In this document: piece after piece, positions 1-11,150 of the stretch | Position numbering within the stretch: position 1 is the first letter of the stretch | Layout of the letters: each line of letters starts with the position of its first letter | DNA from: the human T2T-CHM13v2.0 reference genome, Homo sapiens | Assembly: GCF_009914755.1 (NCBI RefSeq) | Contig: NC_060938.1 | Reading direction: 5' to 3' (one strand) | DNA length: 64,000 nucleotides | Position numbers and translations under genes: made by a program | The notes under the pieces: model-generated | What the model was told of the DNA's origin: nothing | What the model saw: the letters and a program-made list of their open reading frames with translations, nothing else | Databases searched by the model: none

Positions 1-338
1 ATGGAGGAGTGGGCGGGGGACATGGAGGGGTGGGCGGGGGGCGGGGGGGTGGGCGGGGGACATTGGGGGGTGGGCGGGGGGCGGGGGGTGGACGGGGGAC
101 ATGGAGGGGTGGACGGGGGACATGGGGGGGTGGACGGGGGACATGGGAGTGGGCGGGGGACATGGGGGGGTGGGCGGGGGGCGGGGGGGTGGGCGGGGGA
201 CATGGGGGGAGTGGGTGGGGGACATGGGGGGGTGGGCGGGGGGCGGGGGGTGGGCGGGGGACATGGGGGGTGGACGGGGGACGGGGCGGGGCGGGGGCGG
301 GGCGGGGGGGTGGGCGGGGGAGGGGCGGGGCGGGAGGG
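1..338. repeat. G-rich minisatellite/VNTR (variable ~20-40 bp units GGG(C/T)GGGGGACATGGGGGGT), G-quadruplex-prone; truncated by window start
   Basis: About 9 recurrences of GGGGGACAT(G/T)GG interleaved with GGGCGGGGG GC-boxes; the + strand is almost entirely G runs. Confidence 0.93.
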
Positions 339-1020
339 CGAGGGCTGTCCCTCCCTCAGGACTGGGGTTAGCGAGGCCGGGCTGCGTGCTCAGGAGCCGA
401 GGCAGAGAAGTCGTGGCTGCGCAGAGGGAGGCGGTGCTCTCCTCGCGGGGTCTGGGGTCCCGCAGCGCCTGGGGCGGGAGCAGTGAGCAAGCGTGGGTGG
501 GAGCCGCGGTCTGGGTCCCTGCGCCCTCCCGGCTGCCCGGACAGCAGGTGCACCCGGGGGGCCTCGGCGCATTTCCAGGGCGAATGAGTCCAGGGCCCTC
601 GGCCTGCAGGCTAAGCAGCGAGGACAGCGGCAGGGGGGCTCCGTGGCACGGCCTGGGGGGTCACCGCGCACGCCTAGGCCCCGGGAGCTCGGAGACGCAG
701 CAGCCGTCGCGCGGGGCTAACAAGGCACTCCAGGCGCCTGCGCCACCGACACGGAGAAGGGCGAGCTGCGGAGCGCGGGGTGCGGACGGCCACGCCCCTC
801 CCGCCACGGCCACCCCGAGCCCAGGCTGCCAGGGCGGCATCCCCAGCAGGAGACCCGCGCAGCAGCCCCTCCAGCCCCCACAGGAGAGGGCAACAGACCG
901 CGCTGGGTTTCTGCCGGTTAGATGCTCAGATGCTTTGTTACCGCGGCACGAACTACCCCCACCCCGACTGTGCGTGGGTGCCGGAGCCTTTGTCCATAAG
1001 GATCCGTGTGGGCAGTGGCT
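280..1020. promoter_or_regulatory. CpG island (promoter-like or orphan CGI) with Sp1/KLF GC-boxes
   Basis: Very high GC with dense CpGs (CGCG, GCGC, CCGCGG) that stop abruptly at the AT-rich transposon at about 1070; many GGGCGGGG boxes at the left edge. No transcript or exon can be shown from sequence alone. Confidence 0.8.
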
Positions 1021-1023
1021 TAA

Positions 1024-2287
1024 GGTGGCTTAGGGTTCCCCAGAGACACAGAACCAGCAGGACACACACAGTCCCGCCTGCATCTCAGTGATTGCAAGCG
1101 CTGACCTCACACACACTGTCTATATCCCATAAGATTATAACGCAGCAGAAAGCCTCCAGGGTTTAGTGACATCTTGATGGTCCTGATCCTAGGCTGATGT
1201 GTGTGTTCATGCCTTACTTGTTAACAAAAAAGTTTAAAAAGTAAAAATTTTTTTAAAAATTAATAGGGAAAAGCTTATAGAATAAAGATCTTTAAAAAAC
1301 ATTTTTGTACAGCTGTACTTGTTTGTGTTTTAAGTTATTACAAGAGTCAAAACGTTAAAAAATTACAAAGTGTATAAAATAAAAAGGTACAGTAAGATAA
1401 GATTAATTTATTATTAAAGATAGAAAAAAGTGTTAATACATTCAGTGTTTATAAAGTCTACAGTAGTGTACACTAATGTCCTCAGCCTTCTCAGTCACCT
1501 ACACTCACTCATGACTCACCCAGAGCCTCTTTCAGTCCTGCAACCTCCATTCATGGGAACAGCCCTGCGCCAGTGTGCCATTTTTAATCATCTATGCCCT
1601 GTTTTTATGGTACCTTCTCTATATTTAGATACGCCATTACTTGCCATTGTGTCAAAGCTGCCTCCCGTGTTCAGTACAAGTGACACTCTGTACAGGTTAG
1701 TAGCCTAGGAGCCATAGGCTGCACCCTGCGGCCCGGGCATGTGGCAGGTTGTACCGTCTCGGTTTGTCAGTGACCTCTGTGATGCTTGCAGAGGACGAAA
1801 TCGCCTAACCACACGTTTCTCAGAACACATCCTCATTATGAAGCAACACTTGACTGCGTGTCTGTGTGCTGCGTGTGTGTGTATACATGAAGAGATTTAT
1901 TACAGAAATTGACCCACAAGATTATAGAGGCCAAGAGGTCTGAAGCCCAAAGAGCTGCTGCCTGTAAGCTGGAACACCAGGAAGGCCAGTGGTGTGGCTC
2001 TGTCTGAGTCTGAAGCCAGAGAAAGAGCATCACTGAGGTCTGGGGGCAGGAGAAGGTGGCTGCCCCAGCTCAAGAGGAGATGGAGGATGTGCCCTGACTC
2101 CACCCTTCTGTTCTACCCGGGCCTTGGGTGGGTGTGATGATGCTGGCACATATTGGTGAGGGCAGATCATCTTCACCAGTTCAAATGCTAATCTCCTCTG
2201 GAGACATCCTCACATCGACAAAGAATGCTTACCAGCTACCTGGGCTTCCCTTAGCCCAGTCAATTTGATGCATGAAATTAACCCCAC
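1024..2287 (-). mobile_element. MLT2-family LTR (3' LTR of ERV-L provirus), split by a Tigger3b insertion
   Basis: The reverse complement near 2287 reads GTGGGGTTAATTTCATGCATCAAATTGACTGGGCTAAGGGAAGCCCAGGTAGCTGG (MLT2 start). The LTR terminus TAGGGTTCCCCAGAGACACAGAACCAGCAGGA lies at 1031-1062, on the other side of the Tigger. It is homologous to 7905-8385. Confidence 0.85.
1069..1856 (+). mobile_element. Tigger3-family (Tigger3b/MER7B-like) non-autonomous TcMar DNA transposon
   Basis: CAGTC...GACTG termini; internal CCCATAAGATTATAA and AAAGCTTATAGAATAAAGAT; 3' end GACGAAATCGCCTAACCACACGTTTCTCAGAAC. Confidence 0.85.
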
Positions 2288-2899
2288 GAGTCCACCCTTT
2301 GTCAACTTAGCATCCATACAAATCTTCAACTATATTTAGTCTCCAATAAATACAATCCGATCACAGTCCTGCCTAATCTGATACAACTATCGTACATACA
2401 ACCAAAAACACACTAATTCCTTCCCCAAAAGAGCTGGTCAAGTCCTTGAGTGATAGTCACTTTTCTCCTGATGTCCCGTAACATAAAAACCAAGATGTAA
2501 AATTAACAGCGTTTAAATACTGATACGAAGTTGTTACATTTTATGCTACATGCTAAGGAGATAACAGAGAAAACAAATATATTTGGTTAATATATGTATA
2601 TATTCACACAAACATATAAGTTACAAAACGAGGAGGACATTCTGACAATGACAGTCCTTATTTCTCCCACCAGCCATGTAGTTGTCACTGGTATTAATAA
2701 CCCCCTTCTTCCACCACCCAATCCATATCCCTTTGCCCTTAGCAAGCGCCGCAGCTGGCCATGGTTCTTTACTGGTGGACTGACCCAAAACCTTCATTCT
2801 TGAAGGGTCTGAGCCAATAGAGGTCCTGCCTGAATTGTATTATTGTGGTTTCCAGTGACTTTAATCACAGAGCATGGCAGTGCCAAGACATGCCTGAGG

Positions 2900-3430
<531 letters not shown>

Positions 3431-3499
3431 CCATAGGCCAGCAGAATACAAAGTTGCAGGGAGCACCTGGTCCCAGCCCTGCAAGGTATTGCCATCTAG

Positions 3500-3960
3500 T
3501 TGGTAATTGACCTTCAAAAGGCCATCGCATCATTCTATCACACCAGCTGCTTCAGGATGCAACATGAGCATCGTTGCACTTCTTTGGCTGTGAAGTGAGT
3601 TCCTCGGTGAGAAGCAGTGCGAGGTGGAACACCGTGACAGTGGGTAAGGCATCCTGTGAGTCCATGGATGGTGGTTTTTCCAGTAAGGACAAACCTCTGC
3701 CCCTTCCATGCTGGGGACCATGCAATGTTATCAACCTGCCCCAGGTAGCTGGCTGATCGCCTGGGAATGGTGCCATATCAAGGGCTTGGTGTTGGTCTCC
3801 GCTGCTGGCAGATTGGGCAGTCAGCAGTGTCCGGAGCCAGTTAGGCCTTGGTGAATGGGAGTCCATGTTTCTGAGCCCATGTACTACCTCCATCCCTGCC
3901 ACCATGCCTGCTTACTTTATGAGCTCATTGGGCCATGACAGGGGTGGCTTGGCAAGAGGC
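3500..3960 (-). pseudogene. ERV-L integrase remnant
   Basis: GDQPATW; KTTIHGLT..HGVP..GTHFTAKEV; HPEAAGVIE..GLLK, broken across frames. Confidence 0.8.
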
Positions 3961-4639
3961 TGACCAGTGTCCACAGAAGGAGTCATTCTGTCCACTTGAT
4001 TCCTAAAACCCTCCTCTGCTATGGTCATTCATTGCTGACCATTCACATGGGACAGACATATCTTCATGATTTTTGCCCATTCTAAGAGGGCTATCCACAT
4101 ATCTTTTCCCCCAAATATCTTCTTCACCAATTTTTCCAATCCTTCTTTCCATGTTCCTGACCATCCAGCATAAACACTGAGCACGGCCCGTGAATTAGTC
4201 CATCACTGCACAACTGCCCACTGCTCCTTCCAAGCAAAGTGCACAGCCAGGTGCATTGCCCACAGCTCTGCCCAGGAGGACTTCCCTTCCCCACTGTCCT
4301 CCAGGGATGTCCCAGGAAGGAGCTGTAGTTCTGCAGCATCCACTTTCAGATGGTGCCTGCATATGGGGCAGAGCCATCTGTAAACCAGGCCTGAATTATC
4401 TCTTACTCTGTCAAATGATCATGGGGAGCTCCCCCACGAGGCCACAGGCACAGGCTGGGAGAGAGGATCTCAGCTGAGAAAGGCAGTGGAGCAGGGGTGG
4501 GGACCGTGGGCACTTTGGCCCTTTCATGTAACCTACTTGAGCATTCAGGGTCTGGTTGGACCCAATCACATACGTACCACTTCCATTTGATGACAGAGTG
4601 TTGCTATGCATACCTAACCATGTGGCTTGGTGGGTCAGA

Positions 4640-5190
4640 TAACACCCTCTGACACACAGACGTCTCACCAATAAATGTAGAGTAGTTGCTACTTCTTGCT
4701 CACTAAGTCCAATCCGCACAATGTCATCAATGTAATGCACCAGTGTGGCATCCCATGGGAAAAGCAACCAAGATTCCTGCAGACTAAATTATAATGTAAG
4801 GCTAGAGAGTTGATGGGACACTGTCCCTGAGATGGGACAGTGAATGTGTATTGCTGGCCTTGCCAGCTGAAAGAAAACTGCTTCTGGCTGGCCTTCTGGA
4901 CAGGGATGGACAAAAGGCATTTGCTGGATCAATAGCCGTGTACCAGGTAACAGAGGATGTGTTAATTTGCTCAAGCAATGAAACCACATCTGGTACAGCA
5001 GCTGCAATTGGAGTCACCACCTGGTTAAGCTTGTGGTATTTCAGTCACTCTCCAAGATCCATCTGTGTTCCTTACAGGCCAAATCGGAGAGTCGAGTGGG
5101 AATGTGGTGAGAATCGCCAGCCCTGCACCTTGCAAGTTCCCGATGGTGGCATGATCTCCACAGTCCTTCCAGGAATATGGGATTGTTTTT
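4640..5190 (-). pseudogene. ERV-L reverse transcriptase remnant (frameshifted)
   Basis: Fragments in different frames: [63 protein letters not shown], and the catalytic LVHYIDDI motif. Confidence 0.9.
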
Positions 5191-5196
5191 GACTTA

Positions 5197-5504
5197 TAGC
5201 AGTCACCACTTATCCCTGGTTTCACTTTCCACATTTTAAGTGACCTGTTGCACAGTACAAGATATTTTGAGAGAGAGAAATCACATTCGCAGAGCTTTTA
5301 TTGCAGCATATTCTTCTAATTGTTTGATTTTATTATTGTTGCTAATCTCCTACGGTGCCAAATTTATAAATTAAACTTTATCATTGGTATGTAAGTATAG
5401 GAAGAAACATAGTATATATAGTGTTTGGTGGTTTATATGTCCATGGTGTCAGGCATCCACTGGGGTCTTAGAACATATTGCCTGCAGATAAAGGGGGACT
5501 ACTG
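5197..5504 (+). mobile_element. MER44A (Tigger7-derived) DNA transposon
   Basis: Termini TAGCAGTCACCACTTATCC...GATAAAGGGGGACTACTG followed by TA; internal GGCATCCACTGGGGTCTTAGAAC. Confidence 0.85.
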
Positions 5505-6080
5505 TATTATTTTCCTAAGCAGTTGCAATGGCTTCTACTTGGTCTTCTTCACTGTAATAGTCCTTACTCCACAGGTCAGGGACCCAATGTGTAGATGCTA
5601 CCAGCTCCTCAATTACGTCTCTTCCGATTATGCATTCTGGAATGGGGAAATAACTACAGGATGGGTTTGGGGACCCACTGGGCCCACTGTAAAATGAACC
5701 TGAGCTAAAACTCCATTGATCATTGAGCTCCATAAGCCCCTACTCTGCCTGGATGGCCACAGAGACCTTTTCAATCTTCTGGAGTCAATGTCAGTGCAGA
5801 GCCAGAGTTCAGCAGTCCCTGAAAGGTCTGAGTATTTCCTTTTCCCCAGTGCACAGTCACCTGGTAAAACGTAAGGTAGGTCCCTTTGGGAAAGGCTGGG
5901 GAAAAGATTAAGAGTATACATTTCGGGGAATTTACAGAGTTGTTTCCCAGGGGGACACTGTCGTCCCTTCATTCGCTGGTTCTGAGTCTGTAGATTGGCT
6001 CAGGTCTGAGAATTGGTTGAGGGGCCATGACTCTGTGCTTTGAGAGTCATGATTTTATTATTTGAGTTAGACTTTTGTTT

Positions 6081-6230
6081 TTAGAGACTGGATATCATTA
6101 CGTCATCCAGGCTAGAGTGCAGTGATGTGTTCATAGCTCACTGCAGCCTCAAACTCCCAGGCTCAACAGATGCCCCTGCCTCAACCTCCTGAGTAACTGG
6201 GACCACAGGCATGTGCCACTATGCCCAGAT
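6081..6230 (-). mobile_element. Alu monomer (FRAM/AluJ-like)
   Basis: Single Alu arm CCAGGCTAGAGTGCAGTG..GCTCACTGCAGCCTCAAACTCCCAGGCTCAA, flanked by duplicated TTAGACTTTTGTT. Confidence 0.85.
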
Positions 6231-7904
6231 TCGACTTAGACTTTTGTTCACTTGACCTAAAACTTTCCTGCTTATACAGATCATGTAAGGATTTAGTAGG
6301 CTTCTGATCAAATTCCTTTCCAGGAGCCCCATGATAACGGGCCAGAGCCATGAGTCTCATGAGCCAGGTTGTTCTGATTGCTGCTGTGCCACTCCTGCCC
6401 ATTGCTATGCCTGCACCCACCTTGCCTGTGGGATCCCCCACCACAGGATCCAGTTGCTCCCCTTGCACTTAGGTCTCCAGCTGAGTGGCTGTGGTTCCCA
6501 CCATAAGGTCTGACCTACAGGGACGAGTTATGGCGGAGCTCTTCAAGGAAGCTGGGACCCCCTCACACAGTTCTTTCTCGAGGTGTTGGTGAAAGGCCAG
6601 TCTTCCAGATCCCCGCGTGTGGGCAACTAGGTCTGAAATGACAAACCCACTCTAACACACCAGCTTCCCTGAGCCCTTTAAACCCCCTCTACATTAAACC
6701 GGGGAGTTTGGATCTTTCCAGTTTGCTCACGGCAGGGCAGACTATCTTTTGACCCCTGTTCCGCCATCCAACCAAACTGAGCCCTTTCTAACTCGTTGAC
6801 CTGCAACATTAAATCCAGAATCATTGCTTACTGAGCCCATATCAATAAATTTGGCCTGATCCAACTTTATGTTCCTTCCACTACCATCCCACACCCTTAA
6901 TATTCATTCCCATCCATGTTCCCTGGATTTCTGCTCGTATAAATTAGAAAACCCATGTTGTTCTTTTGGAGAGCAGCATACCTTCTCATGGGTCACAGTT
7001 TGTCCCTCACCTTCAGGGCCTACTGGGGTTTGGGTCTAGTTATAGGGCTAGAGGCAAAGAGGGGCGGTGAGGGTGGGTCCTGAAAATAATCAGCATTGTC
7101 CTGCTTGGCCACCACCTCAGAGGAAGATATTACTCAGGATGCGGGGGACTCCTTCAAGTCAGGTGGAAAGGCTACACCACTGTTGGCAGGGATGCTCCTG
7201 CCACCAGGGATGTGAAGGCCACTTTTTTTGAGCGTGGGGGGACCTCTTCCACTGGCAAATAATAAACATCAGAACTTAGGGGCTTGATACCCCCAGCTTC
7301 ATCAGGGTCTTCCCACATGTCCCCATTGCAACTTACAGTATCCCGTTCTTTCCCAGTCAATTTCCCCACTCAAGAGTAGACATTCCAGGAGGCTGGGAGC
7401 TCAACTTGCATTGTATTAATAATTTGGCCAATTGCAGGATGAGGTCCTGAGTTTGATTTTCAGAAACTTCAGCCCTGTGGTTGTATGAGATAAGGCTCCT
7501 GGGGCAAACATAGAAACTCTTAGGTCATTTTTGTGGCTCTTGAGCTGGGAATTTGAATCCCTGAGCTCATCTTTTTCTTTTACCACTTTGTCCAATGACA
7601 TTAGAAGCAACCAATGTCATTATATTCCTCAGTTTTCCTAAAATGTTCAAAAGTATCATATACAGAGTCATGTAGCTCCTCGCTTCTTACAAGTAGTTTA
7701 TTAGAAGGATCCAATGCAGATATTTTGCATATCTCTATAGTTTGTGCCATGGATGATCAGTGCTCTCTTTACTACCGGAAATACAGTCATTAGTGTCTTT
7801 ACATATAGTTGGATTAAAGAGCCAATTCCAGAAACTCCAGAAAGAATTCAGAAAACTCGTCCTCAAAATTCTGGTCCTCTAGATCCACTCTTGGTACCAA
7901 AATC

Positions 7905-8385
7905 TATATTATTCAGAGTTCTACAAAAAACAGAATTAATAGAATATGAACATATATATGTATATATATATATACATATATATGAGGAGATTTATTATAG
8001 GAATCAACTTATGTAGTTATGGAAGCCAAGAAGTCCCACAATCTGCCATCTGCAAGCTGGAGAACCAGGGAAGTCAGTGGTGTTATTCAATCTGAGTCCA
8101 AAGACCAGAGAATCAGAGGCACCAATGGTCGAGGGCAGGAGAAGATGGATGTCCCAGCTAAAGAAGAAAGTGAGTTCACCCTTCCTCAGGCTTTTCGCTC
8201 TACTCAGGCCCTCCTTGGATTAAGTGATGCTTGCTCACTTTGATGAGGGCAGGTCTGTACTCAGTCCACTGACTCAAATGTTAATCTCTTCCAGAGACAC
8301 CTTCAAAGACACATCCAGAAATGTTTTATCAACTATCTAGGCATCCCTCAGTGCAGTCAAGTTGACACCTAAAATTAACCACCAC
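7905..8385 (-). mobile_element. MLT2-family LTR (5' LTR of ERV-L provirus; MLT2D/B-like)
   Basis: The reverse complement starts TGTGGTGGTTAATTTTAGGTGTCAACTTGACTG; internal (TA)n tract; adjacent to the PBS. Confidence 0.9.
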
Positions 8386-8894
8386 AAGCAGGGAAGATGG
8401 TGTGGGAGGTGAGATGTGTGTCTGTGAGCAGAAGCCGGGTGGGTCTCTGCATGAACATGTAGATACGGGTGCAAGCATGTGGGAGCTGCTGGTGGCAAAA
8501 CTCAACAGAAGCAACTCGTATTTAGGAAGCGAATCAAGCGTCCCATCCTTTGAGCCCCATGACATTTCATGATCGGGAACAATAACAGACTCTTAGAGCA
8601 AGATGTATAATAAAAAGCTAAATTTTCAAGTATGGTTTTTGGAAGAATGTGACTTCTGAATTTTAACAAAAAGCAGAAACAAACACTTTCTTTCACACTT
8701 AAGAATTGTCTGCCAGGCTTCTGGAGGCACCTGGGCCATGTGGGTTCACTGTGGTCATTCAGGGAATGGATGGACAATGGTGAGTTTCTGGAGCACGGAC
8801 ATGACCTTTGGGGTAGAGGGAGGGCTCCAACACCAAGGCCCCCAGCACACATTTCACGAGGAAAAATGACCATCAACTCTGCTGAAACTGAGAA

Positions 8895-9350
8895 GGGAAT
8901 TTTTTCTAATTAGAGGCTTCACATTAAGCATGCATTGGCTTCATCTGGAGTGTGCAGTACAGAATGATTCTCTTCCCCATTCCTCACCAAGAACAGTAAT
9001 TAGAATGCAAGGTCATCTCCATATAATGCATTATGACTTTAATATCAGTAAACTCCCCTTACGTGTTAGATGCAGTGAGGAAATAGTAGTTAAATTATCA
9101 CAGACTAGTATGATCAGTTTCCGCTAGGATAAAATGTGATAAATGGGTTTTAATAAACTGAGGAGAATTATAGGCACCATCTTCTTGGTTGCTGTCAATT
9201 TTATTTAGAGTAAAATGCCATTGCGATAATTAGTTGGTTTTTACTGTGTTCATTAAAAGCTTTTCTAATGACCGCTTGAGGAATAAGTAAAATTAATTTC
9301 TTTCTTGAACGTCGAAGGAATTAATCAAACAAACAAAAAGCAAACTTCAG
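8895..9350. promoter_or_regulatory. Candidate conserved non-coding enhancer 1 (homeodomain-site cluster)
   Basis: Non-repetitive AT-rich island; TAATTA at 8907, 8997 and 9227; palindrome ATAATGCATTAT at 9023-9034; CTGTCA (Meis) at 9192; two ATTAAT. Confidence 0.55.
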
Positions 9351-10244
9351 GGATTGTGCGAGACGGGATGAGGGCCGGTGGTTTTCCGTGCCCGCTGTGG
9401 GGACAGCACTTTCCCGCCGTCTGTCGTTGGTGTTGCAGCTCCAGGCCATTCCCCCGAGCTGTGCTGATGGAGAGGGATGCAAGCCCCGGGGCAGAGGCCT
9501 TGGCCGTCCTTCTCAGGTGCCATTGAGCTGTGACTCCCAGGCCGCCTCCTCCAGGCAGCTTTCCTTGACTGCTCCAACTTCAGGGCTCTCTTCTGCCTGG
9601 CCCACACACTTGAGCTAGGGCTCCTCAGTCTCAGAGGCTGAGGCCAGGTTCTCTCTCTGCCTGTGGCCCCTTGGAGTCCAGCACAGGGCTAGGCACTCTA
9701 GAGGGCTCAAGGGCTTGAGCCTGAGATCCTGGCCTGTCTCCTCTTGGACAGGACTCCTTGGGCCTCCTGGCCACTACCCTATGTCCCAGCCCCTGCAGTG
9801 CTTGCCCAAGCTCAGCCTTTGTTCAGCACACCAGCCCTGTGAACCACACTGTCCCTGGAGGGACTGAGGGATGTCCAGGGGTCATTGGTGGCATAAAGGA
9901 TGGAGCCACTGAAACGCAGTGGGTGGATGCAGGAAGAGGAGGGCTGCCCAGCAAGGCCACACCTGGCCTGGCTCGGAGGATGCCAGGAGGAGTCTCCAGC
10001 AGGCAGGCGTGGCCAGAGGGGCCGCGGGGTAGCCAGATGGAGTCTTTGTGCTGACCCCACAGTCCACAGGGAGGAGCAGAAAAGTGGGTGAGGCCTGCGG
10101 AGATGCCATCACCTGGCTGGGGGTACTCAGTGGCGAAGGGAGAGACAAAGCCAGACACCGCTCTGGCTAGTGGGAAGAGCAATGGTCCTTCTGACCTCCT
10201 GTGCCAGGTACAGCACTAGCACGGGCCTGAGAACCTGGCTGGTG

Positions 10245-11150
10245 AGCACATCCACCTGCACCTGTACCCATCCCCACTCCCCACACACGCCACACACACA
10301 CACACACACACACATGCTCATCACACACACACCGCCACCTGCACCCATCAGCACTCTCCACACACATCACACACACACTCATCACACACACCCATCGCAC
10401 ACACCACACACACACTCATCACACACATGCTTATCACACACACTCACACACCACACATACATTCATCACACTCACACACACACCACATGCTTATCACACA
10501 CATGCTCATAATACACACACCTCCACCTGCACCAGTCCCCACTCCCCACACACATCACACACACCATTGCACACACACCACACACCCACTCACACACACC
10601 ACACACACGTTCATCACAGACACACACACACCAAACACATGCTTATCACAAACTTGCTCATCACACACACACACCCCTCCACCTGCACCCATCCCCATTC
10701 CCCACACATCACACACACACTCATCACACACACCCATTGCACACACACCACCCAATCACACACACATCCACCTGCACCCATCAGCACTCCCCACACATCA
10801 CACACACACTCATCACCCACACTCATCACAGACACACCACACACACTCATCACACACATGCTCATCACACACACTCATCACACACCACACACATTCTCAT
10901 CATACACACTCATCACACTCATTACACACACACTTATCACACACATCACACATATGCTCATCAGACATGCTCATTACACACTCATCACACACACCACACA
11001 CACACAAACTCATCACACGTACACCTGCACACAGCCACACACACAGGCCCATCACACAGACACCATGCACCACACACACACTCATCACACATACACACAA
11101 ACCCAACCACCTCACACACCCATTCCCCCATCACACTCACACCCCCACCT
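10245..11150. repeat. CA-rich complex tandem/low-complexity repeat
   Basis: (CA)n-derived blocks (CTCATCACACAC) with a recurring higher-order motif CCACCTGCACCCATC..CACTCCCCACAC (5 copies). Confidence 0.93.

Noticed and set aside
1-1033. Long ORFs 1..486 and 101..1033 (Gly-rich, up to 310 aa)
   Set aside because: They are translations of the G-rich minisatellite and CpG island. Stop codons are rare at this composition, all three frames are open, and no domain is recognisable.
4411-5234. RT-bearing ORFs as an active or domesticated retroelement, retron or DGR
   Set aside because: The RT is split across frames, internally deleted and interrupted by transposons; it is an ordinary dead ERV-L.
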